A stretch of 25,866 nucleotides of DNA from a virus (Duplodnaviria; Heunggongvirae; Uroviricota; Caudoviricetes), in the IMG/VR virus record IMGVR_UViG_2724679538_000003, one strand, 5' to 3'. A model generated the notes under the pieces. The model worked only from the letters and a program-made list of their open reading frames with translations, had not been told where the DNA came from and made no database searches. A program made the translations under genes and the position numbers. Position 1 is the first letter of the stretch; each line of letters starts with the position of its first letter. Positions 16,874-25,866 of the stretch are shown here, one piece after another.

Positions 16874-18845
16874 TTCCTGGTTCAGGATGCAGGCTGGTCA
16901 CCAGAGTGACGCGGATATTTATATTTATGACGAGATTGGTTTCTGGGGTGTTACAGCGAAGCAGTTTATCAGTGATCTGAATGCACTGGGCGATATCACC
17001 CACATTAATCTCCATATTAATTCACCGGGTGGCGATGTCTTTGAAGGCATCGCCATTTTTAATGCGCTGAAAACACATGGTGCGTCCATTACCGTTTATG
17101 TCGACGGTGTGGCGGCGTCAATGGCGTCGGTCATTGCGATGGTGGGAAACCCGGTCATTATGCCGGAAAACACCTTCATGATGATTCATAAACCATTTGG
17201 CTTTACGGGCGGTGATGCGGAGGACATGCGCACCTATGCCGACCTGCTCGATAAGGTTGAGGCGGTTCTGTTACCCGCTTATGCACAGAAAACCGGGAAA
17301 ACCACCGATGAAATTGCTGCCATGCTGGCGGATGAGACCTGGATGTCCGGTGCCGAATGTCTGGCACATGGATTTGCTGATCAGGTAACGCCAGCCGTTA
17401 AGGCAATGGCATGTATTCAGTCAAAACGTACAGAGGAATTTAAAAAGATGCCGGAATCCATTCGAAACATGATTACTCCGCCACGCAACAGTGCTCCACG
17501 CGTACAGGATGATGAACCTGCAGCCTCTCGGACGCCAGTGCAGGCAGCAGCACCCGTGGTGGATGAAAACAGTATCCGTGCGCAGGTACTGGCAGAGCAA
17601 AAAGCGCGTGTAAACGGTATTAATGATCTGTTTGCCATGTTTGGCGGGCGTTATCAGACGCTGCAGGCTCAGTGTCTTGCCGATCCTGAATGTTCGCTGG
17701 AGCAGGCCCGCGAAAAGCTGTTGAACGAGATGGGGCGCGAGTCCACGCCATCCAATAAAAATACCCCGGCTCATATTTATGCCGGTAACGGTAATTTTGT
17801 GGGGGACGGGATCCGCCAGGCGCTGATGGCGCGTGCCGGATTTGAAAAAACCGAACGTGATAATGTCTACAACGGGATGACCCTGCGTGAATATGCCCGT
17901 ATGTCACTGACTGAACGGGGTATTGGGGTTTCCGGTTATAACCCGATGCAGATGGTCGGTGCGGCGTTCACACACAGTACGTCTGACTTCGGTAATATTC
18001 TGCTGGATGTTGCGAACAAAGCCATTCTGCAGGGCTGGGAAGATGCCCCTGAAACCTATGAACAGTGGACGCGGAAAGGTCAGTTGTCTGATTTTAAAAT
18101 TGCCCATCGTGTGGGTATGGGGGGCTTCAGTGCTCTGCGTCAGGTGCGTGAAGGGGCGGAATATAAATACGTCACCACCGGAGATAAACAGGCCACTATT
18201 GCACTGGCGACCTATGGCGAGCTGTTCAGTATCACCCGTCAGGCCATTATCAATGATGATCTGAATATGCTGACCGATGTCCCGATGAAACTGGGCCGTG
18301 CGGCGAAATCCACTATTGCCGATCTGGTTTATGCCATTCTGACGTCTAACCCGAAAATCTCCACAGATAATGTAAGTCTGTTCGATAAAGCGAAACATGC
18401 AAACGTACTGGAGAGCGCTGCAATGGACGTGGCATCGCTGGATAAAGCCCGCCAGTTGATGCGCGTTCAGAAAGAGGGGGAGCGTCATCTGAATATTCGT
18501 CCTGCGTTCGTACTGGTACCGACGGCGATGGAGTCTGTTGCTAACCAGGTCATTCGCTCCTCAAGTGTCAAGGGGGCTGACATTAACGCCGGTATTATTA
18601 ACCCGGTGAAAGATTTTGCGACCGTTATTGCAGAGCCTCGTCTTGATGATAACAGCCAGACCACTTTCTACCTGGCTGCGTCCAAAGGCTCCGATACGAT
18701 TGAAGTGGCTTATCTCAACGGTGTGGATACGCCATATATTGATCAGATGGAGGGCTTCAGTGTGGATGGCGTGACAACGAAAGTGCGTATTGACGCCGGT
18801 GTCGCGCCAGTTGATCACCGCGGTCTGGTGAAATGTACGGCGTAA
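16818..18845 (+). CDS. Fused prohead protease (ClpP/S14-S49-like) and HK97-fold major capsid protein (about 675 aa)
   Basis: N-terminal protease-like region (IYIYDEIGFWGV...INSPGGDVFEGIAIFNALKTH...AASMASVIAMVG...MMIHKP), then a linker, then a C-terminal capsid-like domain of about 330 aa. Start ambiguous: GTG 16818 with AAGGAGG SD (overlaps portal 3' end) or ATG 16887. Confidence 0.75.
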   Translation: MPQRNDRSRSTPTTSPKNNSWFRMQAGHQSDADIYIYDEIGFWGVTAKQFISDLNALGDITHINLHINSPGGDVFEGIAIFNALKTHGASITVYVDGVAASMASVIAMVGNPVIMPENTFMMIHKPFGFTGGDAEDMRTYADLLDKVEAVLLPAYAQKTGKTTDEIAAMLADETWMSGAECLAHGFADQVTPAVKAMACIQSKRTEEFKKMPESIRNMITPPRNSAPRVQDDEPAASRTPVQAAAPVVDENSIRAQVLAEQKARVNGINDLFAMFGGRYQTLQAQCLADPECSLEQAREKLLNEMGRESTPSNKNTPAHIYAGNGNFVGDGIRQALMARAGFEKTERDNVYNGMTLREYARMSLTERGIGVSGYNPMQMVGAAFTHSTSDFGNILLDVANKAILQGWEDAPETYEQWTRKGQLSDFKIAHRVGMGGFSALRQVREGAEYKYVTTGDKQATIALATYGELFSITRQAIINDDLNMLTDVPMKLGRAAKSTIADLVYAILTSNPKISTDNVSLFDKAKHANVLESAAMDVASLDKARQLMRVQKEGERHLNIRPAFVLVPTAMESVANQVIRSSSVKGADINAGIINPVKDFATVIAEPRLDDNSQTTFYLAASKGSDTIEVAYLNGVDTPYIDQMEGFSVDGVTTKVRIDAGVAPVDHRGLVKCTA

Positions 18846-18868
18846 ACGTCGCAGACAACAACTCTGAT

Positions 18869-18888
18869 GGCCCGTAAGGGCTTTTTTT
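18869..18888 (+). terminator. Weak or partial rho-independent terminator after the capsid gene
   Basis: ggccc-gtaa-gggc followed by 7 T; the short stem suggests an attenuator rather than a full stop. Confidence 0.4.
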
Positions 18889-18931
18889 GTACCTGAAATC
18901 AGCCCCTGAACGGGGCTGTGCGGAGACAGTT

Positions 18932-19255
18932 ATGGCAAAGAATTTTGTAGAAGAAGGAAAAACGGTGGCGATTGTTGCCAGTGCAGCCATCAGCAGCGGA
19001 GATCTGGTGCAGGTGGGCGATGTTTTTGCGGTGGCGCTGACCGATATTCCACAGGGTGAAACAGGCGACGGCATGACCGAAGGTGTGTTTATGCTGCCTA
19101 AGCTGAAAACGGATGACATGAAAACGGGTAAGAAGGTTTATCTGAAGTCCGGAAAAGTTCAGCTGACTAACAGCGGCTCTGATCCGCTGGTCGGGGTTGT
19201 CTGGGCAGATGCCGGAACCAGTGCAGAAGAAGTGCCGGTAAAACTCAATGTCTGA
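18932..19255 (+). CDS. Small capsid-associated protein (DUF2190-like; possible decoration protein)
   Basis: GGAGA SD; 107 aa; sits between the major capsid gene and FII; weak recollection of the DUF2190 family. Confidence 0.5.
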   Translation: MAKNFVEEGKTVAIVASAAISSGDLVQVGDVFAVALTDIPQGETGDGMTEGVFMLPKLKTDDMKTGKKVYLKSGKVQLTNSGSDPLVGVVWADAGTSAEEVPVKLNV

Positions 19256-19523
19256 TCCCTTTTCCCGGCTGGCAGCGCGTATGGATGCTATCACGGTCAG
19301 AAAGATGGGAAAGACAGCCTCGATTAATGATGTCGATATGACTGTGATCCCGGGAGAAACACTGGCAGAACTGAATGCTCTGTCCGGACCTGCGGTCTCT
19401 CTGGTGGTGTTTTCTTCGGGATACCGCCCACGGCGCGGGGATCGCGTTGTTTATGACGGACAACAATGGACGGTCACACGGCATGAACGCTTTAACGGTA
19501 AGCCAATGATCTTTATTGAGTAA
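19248..19523 (+). CDS. Tail attachment protein FII-like
   Basis: N-terminus MSDPFSRLAARMDAITVRKMG and the PRRGDRVVYDGQQWTVTRH segment parallel lambda FII (MADFDNLFDAAIARADETIRGYMG...LRRGDTLTIGEENFWVDRV) as recalled. Confidence 0.75.
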   Translation: MSDPFSRLAARMDAITVRKMGKTASINDVDMTVIPGETLAELNALSGPAVSLVVFSSGYRPRRGDRVVYDGQQWTVTRHERFNGKPMIFIE

Positions 19524-19534
19524 AGAGGTGTGGG

Positions 19535-20113
19535 ATGAAGGGGCTTGAGAATGCCATCCGTAATCTGAACAGCCTTGATACCCGTATGGTGCCACAGGCC
19601 AGCGCATGGGCGATAAACCGTGTGGCACAGAAAGCGGTCTCGGTTGCCACCCGGCAGGTTGCCGGGAATACCGTTGCGGGAGATAACCAGGTGAAAGGGA
19701 TCCCCCTGAAACTGGTACGTCAGCGTGTCCGGGTGTTTAAAGCCAGTCCGTCAGGAAAAATGACGGCCAGGATCCGCGTTAACCGGGGCAATCTGCCCGC
19801 CATTAAGCTGGGGACAGCCCGGGTCAGACTGGCCCGGCGTGGTGGAAAACTGCAGTACCGTGGCAGTGTGCTGAAGGTGGGTAAATATCTTTTCCGGGAT
19901 GCGTTTATTCAGCAACTGGCGAATGGTCGCTGGCATGTGATGCGGCGTATTGATGGCAAAAATCGTTACCCCATTGATGTGGTGAAAATCCCGCTTTCCG
20001 GACCGCTGACACAGGCATTTGAAGATGCCCGCGACCGCATCATTGCTGCGGAAATGCCGAAACAGCTGGGGTATGCACTGAAACAACAACTGAGGTTATG
20101 GCTGACCCGATGA
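19535..20113 (+). CDS. Z: Minor tail protein Z
   Basis: 192 aa; strong similarity to lambda gpZ as recalled (KGLE...AINRVA...VNRGNLPAIKLG...FIQQLANGRWHVMRRIDGKNRYPIDVVKIP...LGYALKQQLR). Confidence 0.9.
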   Translation: MKGLENAIRNLNSLDTRMVPQASAWAINRVAQKAVSVATRQVAGNTVAGDNQVKGIPLKLVRQRVRVFKASPSGKMTARIRVNRGNLPAIKLGTARVRLARRGGKLQYRGSVLKVGKYLFRDAFIQQLANGRWHVMRRIDGKNRYPIDVVKIPLSGPLTQAFEDARDRIIAAEMPKQLGYALKQQLRLWLTR

Positions 20114-20511
20114 ACCGACATACACAAATCCGCCAGGCCGTACTGGCACGCCTTCGGGAACAGTGTGGAGACAGCGCCACGTTTATTGACGGGCTTCCGG
20201 CATTTATTGATGCGCAGGAACTGCCTGCCGTGGCGGTGTGGCTGAGTGATGCTCAGTACACCGGAAAAATGACGGATGAAGATGACTGGCAGGCTGTTCT
20301 GCATATTGCTGTCTTCATCCGGGCACAGGCACCGGATTCAGAGCTGGATATGTGGATGGAGAGCACCATTTTCCCGGCCCTGAATGATATACCGGCACTT
20401 TCCGGACTCATCGACACCCTGATCCCTCTCGGTTTTAACTATCAACGTGATAATGAGATGGCCACCTGGGCGATGGCGGAAATCACGTACCAGATCACGT
20501 ACACGAATTAA
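20110..20511 (+). CDS. U: Tail terminator protein U
   Basis: ATGA overlap with the Z stop; similarity to lambda gpU as recalled (FIDGLPAFIDAQELPAVAVWLSDAQYTG...DSELDMWMES...IPALSGLIDT...ITYQITY). Confidence 0.9.
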   Translation: MNRHTQIRQAVLARLREQCGDSATFIDGLPAFIDAQELPAVAVWLSDAQYTGKMTDEDDWQAVLHIAVFIRAQAPDSELDMWMESTIFPALNDIPALSGLIDTLIPLGFNYQRDNEMATWAMAEITYQITYTN

Positions 20512-20522
20512 AGGAGGTGGCA

Positions 20523-21266
20523 ATGACCACACCAAATCCACTGGCAAAAACGAAAGGTGCGGGAACGACGTTCTGGATGTACACCGGCAAGGGCGATGCG
20601 TTTGCGAACCCTTTATCGGACACTGACTGGCTGCGTCTTGCGATGGTGAAGGATCTGCAACCTGGCGAAATGACCGCTGATGCAGAAGATGACACTTATC
20701 TCGATGATGAAGATGCAGACTGGAAAACGACAACCCAGGGGCAGAAATCCGTCGGTGATACTTCGGCGACGCTGGCCTGGCGTCCGGGTGACAGCGGGCA
20801 GAAAAAACTGGTTCAGTTGTTCGACTCCGGTGAAGTCTGCGCGTTTCGTATCAAATATCCCAACGGCACTGTTGATGTTTTCCGTGGCTGGCTGAGCTCA
20901 CTGGGTAAAACCATTGCCTCAAAAGACGTGATGACCCGCACAGTGAAAATCAGCGGTGTGGGGCGTCCGTATCTGGCAGAGGAAGGCACTGAAACAGTGA
21001 GCGTTACCGGGCTGACGGTGGCACCGGCATCTGCCAGTGTAAAAGTGGGAGCAACCACCACGCTGACCTTTACAGTAAAACCTGACGGAGCCAGTGACAA
21101 AGCGATCAGTGTGCATTCGACAGATCCACAGACTGCCACGGTGACCCTGAACGGGCTTGTGGCCACGGTGAAAGGCGTGAAGCAGGGCAGTGTCAGCATT
21201 GTGGGCATGACTTCTGACGGCGATTTTGTGGCAGTGGCTGCGGTGGCTGTCAGCGCCGCAGGTTAA
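20523..21266 (+). CDS. V: Major tail protein V with C-terminal Ig-like (Big_2) domain
   Basis: AAGGAGG SD; strong similarity to lambda gpV as recalled (NPLAKTKGAGTTFWMY...ANPLSD.DW.RLA.VKDL.PGE.TA...YLDDEDADW...GQKS.GDTS.TLAW.PG...NGTVDVFRGW). Confidence 0.9.
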   Translation: MTTPNPLAKTKGAGTTFWMYTGKGDAFANPLSDTDWLRLAMVKDLQPGEMTADAEDDTYLDDEDADWKTTTQGQKSVGDTSATLAWRPGDSGQKKLVQLFDSGEVCAFRIKYPNGTVDVFRGWLSSLGKTIASKDVMTRTVKISGVGRPYLAEEGTETVSVTGLTVAPASASVKVGATTTLTFTVKPDGASDKAISVHSTDPQTATVTLNGLVATVKGVKQGSVSIVGMTSDGDFVAVAAVAVSAAG

Positions 21267-21286
21267 CAGGACGATACTCATCATTT

Positions 21287-21310
21287 GCCCCGGTTATCCG
21301 GGGCTTTTTT
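21287..21310 (+). terminator. Rho-independent terminator between V and G
   Basis: gccccgg-ttat-ccggggc (7-bp GC stem) followed by TTTTTT. Confidence 0.8.
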
Positions 21311-21326
21311 GCAGGTGGAGAACATG

Positions 21327-21713
21327 ATGTTTCTGAAACAGGGCACGTTTAATTATGAAAAGCAGTCCGTGGTGCTCAGTGAGCTGTCCGGGCTGCAGAG
21401 AATTGAATATCTGGCGTTTGTTCAGCAGCGAACGGCAAAGTTTGATGCCGAAGAGGGAGAACTGCCGGAGGCTGAACGACAGATTGCTTTTCTGCGTATG
21501 GGGATGGATATCAATGCCTGGCTGGTTTCCCGCTCACTGTGGAATGCGGAACAGTCTCAGGATGTTGAGACGCTTTGCGCATCCGTTATTACAACATGGT
21601 CGTATGATGCCCTGGGAGCGGGGGCGGAGATGGTTCTGTCGCTGAGCGGTATGGGAGCCATTGAGAATGCCGGGGATTTGGAGCATGAGGTGCTGACGCC
21701 GGAAAAGTCCTGA
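21327..21713 (+). CDS. G: Tail assembly chaperone G
   Basis: GGTGGAG SD; MFLKQGTFNYEKQSVVLSELSGLQRIEYLA... parallels lambda gpG (MFLKTESFEHNGVTVTLSELSALQRIEHLA) as recalled. Confidence 0.85.
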   Translation: MFLKQGTFNYEKQSVVLSELSGLQRIEYLAFVQQRTAKFDAEEGELPEAERQIAFLRMGMDINAWLVSRSLWNAEQSQDVETLCASVITTWSYDALGAGAEMVLSLSGMGAIENAGDLEHEVLTPEKS

Positions 21714-22051
21714 CGCGGGAAATGCAGTTTGTCATGCGGCTTGCCCGGGAGTTCCGGCGGGCAGACTGGCGGCGGATGCTGTCGGAAATGTCGGCCACTG
21801 AGCTTGGTGAGTGGGGCGATTATTTCCGGATGCAGAGCTTCAGTGATGTGTGGATGGATGCGCAGTTTGCCTCGCTGAAGGCATTGATCGTGAGAATGGT
21901 GTCCGGCAGCAGTGATGCTGCGGTGGCTGATTTCAGCCTTTTACCGGAAGAGAACGGGATACCGGAGCGAACGGACGAAGAACTGATGCATCTTGGAGAA
22001 GGTATTTCCGGAGGTGTGCGTTATGGACCAGATAGCCAACCTGGTCATTGA
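21689..22051 (+). CDS. T: Tail assembly chaperone T region, expected to be made only as a G-T fusion by programmed -1 frameshift
   Basis: The -1 frame relative to G opens at 21689 and runs to 22051, overlapping the last 8 codons of G. Conserved G/GT architecture of lambda-like tails; candidate slip site CCGGAAAAG at 21699-21707. Confidence 0.65.
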   Translation, partial: GADAGKVLTREMQFVMRLAREFRRADWRRMLSEMSATELGEWGDYFRMQSFSDVWMDAQFASLKALIVRMVSGSSDAAVADFSLLPEENGIPERTDEELMHLGEGISGGVRYGPDSQPGH

Positions 22052-25000
22052 TTTGGGGATTGATGCGGCAGAGTTTAAAAATGAAATTCCCCGTATCAAA
22101 AACCTTCTGAATGGTGCAGCCAGCGATGCAGAACGGTCTTCTGCCCGTATGCAGCGTTTTATGGAGCGTCAGACTCAGGCCGCCCGGCAGACAACGCAGG
22201 CGGCTTCTTCGGCTGCAACAGCCGCCTCCGTCCATGCGCAGACGGTGGAGAAGAACGCACAGGCTCATGAACGCATGGCCCGCGAGGTGGAGAAAACCCG
22301 CCAGCGCATGGAGGCGCTGAGCCAGAAAATGCGCGATGAACAGGCGCAGGCCATGGCTCTGGCGGAGGCTCAGGATAAAGCGGCTGCTGCGTTTTATCGT
22401 CAGATTGACAGTGTGAAACAGGCCAGTGCGGGGCTGCAGGAATTACAGCGTATTCAGCAGCAGATCCGACAGGCCAGAAACAGTGGCGGGATTGGTCAGC
22501 AGGATTATCTGGCGCTGATTTCTGAGGTTACGGCGAAAACCCGTGTTCTTACACAGGCTGAGGAAGAGGCTACCCGACAGAAAGTGGCGTTTATCCGTCA
22601 GCTTAAAGAGCAGGCAACCCGCCAGAATCTTTCTTCTTCTGAGTTGCTTCGTGCTAAGGCTGCCCAGCTGGGGGTAAGCAGTGCTGCAGAAGTGTATATC
22701 CGCAAAATGGAGCAGGCAGGAAAAGCCACGCATTCGCTGGGTCTGAAAAGTGCAGCGGCCCGCCAGGAGATAGGCGTTCTGATAGGTGAACTGGCTCGCG
22801 GCAATTTAGGTGCGCTGAGGGGATCCGGGATAACGCTGGCTAACCGTGCCGGATGGATAGACACACTGATGTCACCGAAAGGCATGATGCTGGGCGGGGT
22901 TATTGGCGGTATTGCCGCGGCCGTCTATGGTCTGGGTAAAGCCTGGTATGATGGTCAGAAGGAGGGGGAAGAATTTAACCGCCAGTTGTCGCTGACGGGG
23001 CATTATGCCGGAGTCACTGCCGGGCAGCTGTGGACGCTCAGTCGTGCTATTTCCGGGAATGGTATTACGCAACATGCTGCAGCCGGTGCGCTGGCTCAGG
23101 TGGTGGGGAGTGGTGCATTTCGTGGAAACGATATCGGTATGGTGGCGAGAGCTGCCGCACAGATGGAGCGATCGGTTGGCCAGTCGGTCAGCGATACCAT
23201 AAATCAGTTTAAGCGGCTGAAGGATGATCCTGTAAATGCCGCGAAGGCTCTGGACAATGAGCTGCATTTTCTTACTGCCACTCAGCTTGAGCAGATACGC
23301 GTCCTTGGGGAACAGGGGCGGTCCAGTGATGCGGCACGGATAGCCATGTCTGCACTGGCAGAGGAAACCGGTCGGCGTACTGCGGATATTGATAATAACC
23401 TCAATGCGCTGGGCAGTACGCTGAAGTATCTGTCTGATTTATGGAGTCGTTTCTGGGATGCGGCCATGAATATTGGTCGTGAAGACTCGCTGGATGAACA
23501 GATTTCCGCTTTACAGGAGAAAGTGTCGCGGGCGAAAAGACTCCCCTGGACGGCATCATCTTCTCAGGTTGAGTACGATCAGCAGCGTCTTAACGAGCTT
23601 CAGGAGAAAAAACGCCAGAAGGATTTGCAGGATGCAAAAGAGCAGGCAGAGCGGAATTATCAGGAGCAACAGAAACGCCGTAATGCTGAAAATGCTGCAC
23701 TGAACCGGATGAATGAAACGGAAGCAGCACGACATCAGCGTGAAATTGCGCGTATTAATGCCATGCAGTACGCCGATCAGGCTGTCAGGGATGCGGCGAT
23801 ACAACGTGAAAATGAACGTTACGAGAAAGCCCTGGCATCCGGTAAGAAAAAAACACGCGAACCCCGTAATGATGAGGCCACCCGGTTATTGCTGCAGTAC
23901 AGTCAGCAACAGGCACAGGTGGAAGGACAGATTGCTGCTGCCAGACAGTCAGCAGGCATTGCCACGGAAAGGATGACAGAAGCGCATAAACAGCTTCTGG
24001 CTCTGCAGCAGCGCATCAGCGACCTGGACGGGAAAAAACTGACGGCAGATGAAAAGAGTGTGCTGGCCCGTAAAGATGAACTGATTCAGGCACTGACGCT
24101 GCTGGATGTAAAACAGCAGGAGCTTCAGAAACAGACGGCACTCAACGAGCTGAAGAAAAAAACAATTCAGCTGACCAGTCAACTGGCTGAAGAAGAGCGC
24201 GCTCAGCGTCAGCAACATGACCTGGATATCGCCACGGTGGGTATGGGTGATCAGCAGCGGCAGCGATATCAGGTACAACTGAGTCTTCGCCAGAAATACC
24301 AGCAACAGCTGGAACAGTTGAGGCGGGATAGTGAGCAGAAAGGAACATATAACACGGATGACTACAGAAAGGCCGAGCAGGCGCTGACGGAGAGCCTGAA
24401 CCGACAACTGAATGAGAATCGCCGTTACTGGCAACAGCTTGAAGTTGTGCAGGGTAACTGGAAAAACGGAGTCCTGCGTGCATTTCAGGATTTTACCGTG
24501 GATGCAGATAATACGGCAGGAACAGCAGAACAGGTGTTCTCGTCAGCCTTCAGCAACATGGGAAATGGCCTGGCAACTTTTGTCACTACCGGCAAACTCA
24601 ATTTCAAATCCTTCACCTCTTCTGTGCTGTCAGATATGGCGAAAATCCTGGCGCAGGCAACCATGATGAAATCGATAAAAGGGATTGGCAGTGTACTGGG
24701 ATTTGATCTCAGCAGCCTTTCCCTGAATGCCAATGGGGGGATTTATCAGTCTGCTGATTTGAGTCGTTACAGTGGCACGGTGGTTAACCGTCCGACGTTT
24801 TTTGCTTTTGCAAAAGGCGCGGGTGTGATGGGGGAAGCGGGACCTGAAGCCATTCTGCCACTGCGTCGTGGTGCTGACGGTAAGCTGGGGGTTGTGGCGG
24901 ATATTGGTGGTTCAGGTATGGCGATGTTTGCCCCGCAGTACAACATCGAGATCAATAACGATGGCACGAACGGGCAGATAGGTCCGGCTGCCCTGAAGGT

Positions 25001-25088
25001 GGTTTATGACCTTGGGAAAAAAGCGGCAGCGGACTTTATGCAACAGCAGGCCCGTGATGGTGGTCGGTTAAGTGGAGCATATCGGTAA
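22023..25088 (+). CDS. H: Tail tape measure protein (gpH-like)
   Basis: GGAGG SD 8 nt upstream of ATG 22023; 1021 aa; long coiled-coil, Q/A/R-rich, Gly-rich hydrophobic segment in the middle; position after G-T. Confidence 0.9.
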   Translation: MDQIANLVIDLGIDAAEFKNEIPRIKNLLNGAASDAERSSARMQRFMERQTQAARQTTQAASSAATAASVHAQTVEKNAQAHERMAREVEKTRQRMEALSQKMRDEQAQAMALAEAQDKAAAAFYRQIDSVKQASAGLQELQRIQQQIRQARNSGGIGQQDYLALISEVTAKTRVLTQAEEEATRQKVAFIRQLKEQATRQNLSSSELLRAKAAQLGVSSAAEVYIRKMEQAGKATHSLGLKSAAARQEIGVLIGELARGNLGALRGSGITLANRAGWIDTLMSPKGMMLGGVIGGIAAAVYGLGKAWYDGQKEGEEFNRQLSLTGHYAGVTAGQLWTLSRAISGNGITQHAAAGALAQVVGSGAFRGNDIGMVARAAAQMERSVGQSVSDTINQFKRLKDDPVNAAKALDNELHFLTATQLEQIRVLGEQGRSSDAARIAMSALAEETGRRTADIDNNLNALGSTLKYLSDLWSRFWDAAMNIGREDSLDEQISALQEKVSRAKRLPWTASSSQVEYDQQRLNELQEKKRQKDLQDAKEQAERNYQEQQKRRNAENAALNRMNETEAARHQREIARINAMQYADQAVRDAAIQRENERYEKALASGKKKTREPRNDEATRLLLQYSQQQAQVEGQIAAARQSAGIATERMTEAHKQLLALQQRISDLDGKKLTADEKSVLARKDELIQALTLLDVKQQELQKQTALNELKKKTIQLTSQLAEEERAQRQQHDLDIATVGMGDQQRQRYQVQLSLRQKYQQQLEQLRRDSEQKGTYNTDDYRKAEQALTESLNRQLNENRRYWQQLEVVQGNWKNGVLRAFQDFTVDADNTAGTAEQVFSSAFSNMGNGLATFVTTGKLNFKSFTSSVLSDMAKILAQATMMKSIKGIGSVLGFDLSSLSLNANGGIYQSADLSRYSGTVVNRPTFFAFAKGAGVMGEAGPEAILPLRRGADGKLGVVADIGGSGMAMFAPQYNIEINNDGTNGQIGPAALKVVYDLGKKAAADFMQQQARDGGRLSGAYR

Positions 25089-25417
25089 TGGAGACGTTTC
25101 ACTGGAAAGTGCGCCCGGATATGAATGTGGTATCAGAGCCGAAAGTGGTGACAGTGAAGCTGGGCGATGGTTATGAACAGCGTCGTGCGGCGGGACTGAA
25201 TAACCAGTTGTCGACTTACAGCGTGACGATACGTGTTCGTAAATGTGAACACCCATCTTTAAAAGCCTTTCTGGAACGGCACGGTGGCGTCCGTGCATTT
25301 CAGTGGACGCCACCTTATGACTGGAAACCGATTAGGGTGGTTTGTCGTAAATGGTCGGCAAGCGTGGGGGCGCTGTGGGTAACCATAACGGCAGATTTTG
25401 AACAGGTCGTGGCATAG
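25088..25417 (+). CDS. M: Minor tail protein M
   Basis: 109 aa; matches the lambda gpM pattern as recalled (METFHWKVRPDMNV...KVVTVKLGDGYEQR...FQWTPPYD). Confidence 0.85.
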   Translation: METFHWKVRPDMNVVSEPKVVTVKLGDGYEQRRAAGLNNQLSTYSVTIRVRKCEHPSLKAFLERHGGVRAFQWTPPYDWKPIRVVCRKWSASVGALWVTITADFEQVVA

Positions 25418-25426
25418 GAGGCTCTG

Positions 25427-25866
25427 ATGCAGGATATTCCACAGGAAACACATCATGAGACGACACGCCTCACTCAGTCAGCCCAGGTGGTGCTCTGGGA
25501 AATCGATCTGACAGAGGTCGGTGGTGAACGTTATTTTTTCTGTAATGAGCAGAACGAAAAAGGTGAGCCGGTTACCTGGCAGGGGCGGCAGTATCAGGCA
25601 TACCCCATTCAGGGGACGGGATTTGAACTGAATGGCAAGGGCAGTGCTGCCCGTCCTACACTGACGGTTTCTAACCTGCACGGCATGGTCACCGGGATGG
25701 CGGAAGACCTGCAGAGTCTGGTCGGCGGAACGGTGGTCAGGCGTAAGGTTTACGCCCGTTTTCTGGATGCGGTGAACTTCGTCAACGGAAACAGCGACGC
25801 CGATCCGGAGCAGGAGGTGATCAGCCGCTGGCGCATCGAGCAGTGCAGCGAACTGAGTGCGGTCAG
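25427..25866 (+). CDS. L: Minor tail protein L (3' end truncated by the window)
   Basis: AGGAGG SD; MQDIPQETHHETTRLTQSAQVVLWEIDLTEVGGERYFFCNEQNEKGEPVTWQGRQYQAYPIQG... is nearly identical to the lambda gpL N-terminus as recalled. No stop before the window ends. Confidence 0.9.
   Translation, partial: MQDIPQETHHETTRLTQSAQVVLWEIDLTEVGGERYFFCNEQNEKGEPVTWQGRQYQAYPIQGTGFELNGKGSAARPTLTVSNLHGMVTGMAEDLQSLVGGTVVRRKVYARFLDAVNFVNGNSDADPEQEVISRWRIEQCSELSAV

Noticed and set aside
17417-18488. Several minus-strand ORFs (73-194 aa) inside the protease/capsid gene
   Set aside because: Antisense to a long, clearly coding gene; Cys/His/Arg-rich translations typical of reverse-frame artefacts.
22443-24733. Multiple minus-strand and alternative-frame ORFs within the tape measure gene
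   Set aside because: The tape measure is Q/A/R-rich and repetitive, which generates long spurious ORFs in other frames; none has start signals.

Overview
This window is a lambdoid (Qin-like, Escherichia-type) prophage segment running in lambda map order, all on the + strand except three small genes. It spans the replication/nin region (Rha, O-like initiator with internal iterons, PerC-like and LexA-DNA-binding-domain-only regulators, RusA, KilA-N protein, DUF968 protein, Q), a Q-dependent late promoter and terminator, cold-shock paralogs (cspF/cspB-like), a lysis cassette (dual-start class II holin, SAR-type endolysin, Rz with embedded Rz1), a small accessory island (cspI-like, gnsB-like), a lambda-like cos site, then terminase, portal, a fused protease/major-capsid gene and a lambda-like tail module (FII, Z, U, V, G, G-T, H, M, partial L). 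The best candidate for something undescribed is a two-gene convergent insert (8184-8943) that splits the holin from its endolysin. Other loci worth a second look are a divergent zinc-ribbon gene between cspB and the holin, the unexplained stop-free leader at 1-685, the LexA-DBD-only/PerC pair, and the small-gene island between Rz and cos. All calls rest on reading the sequence and on recalled family features; no database search was run.
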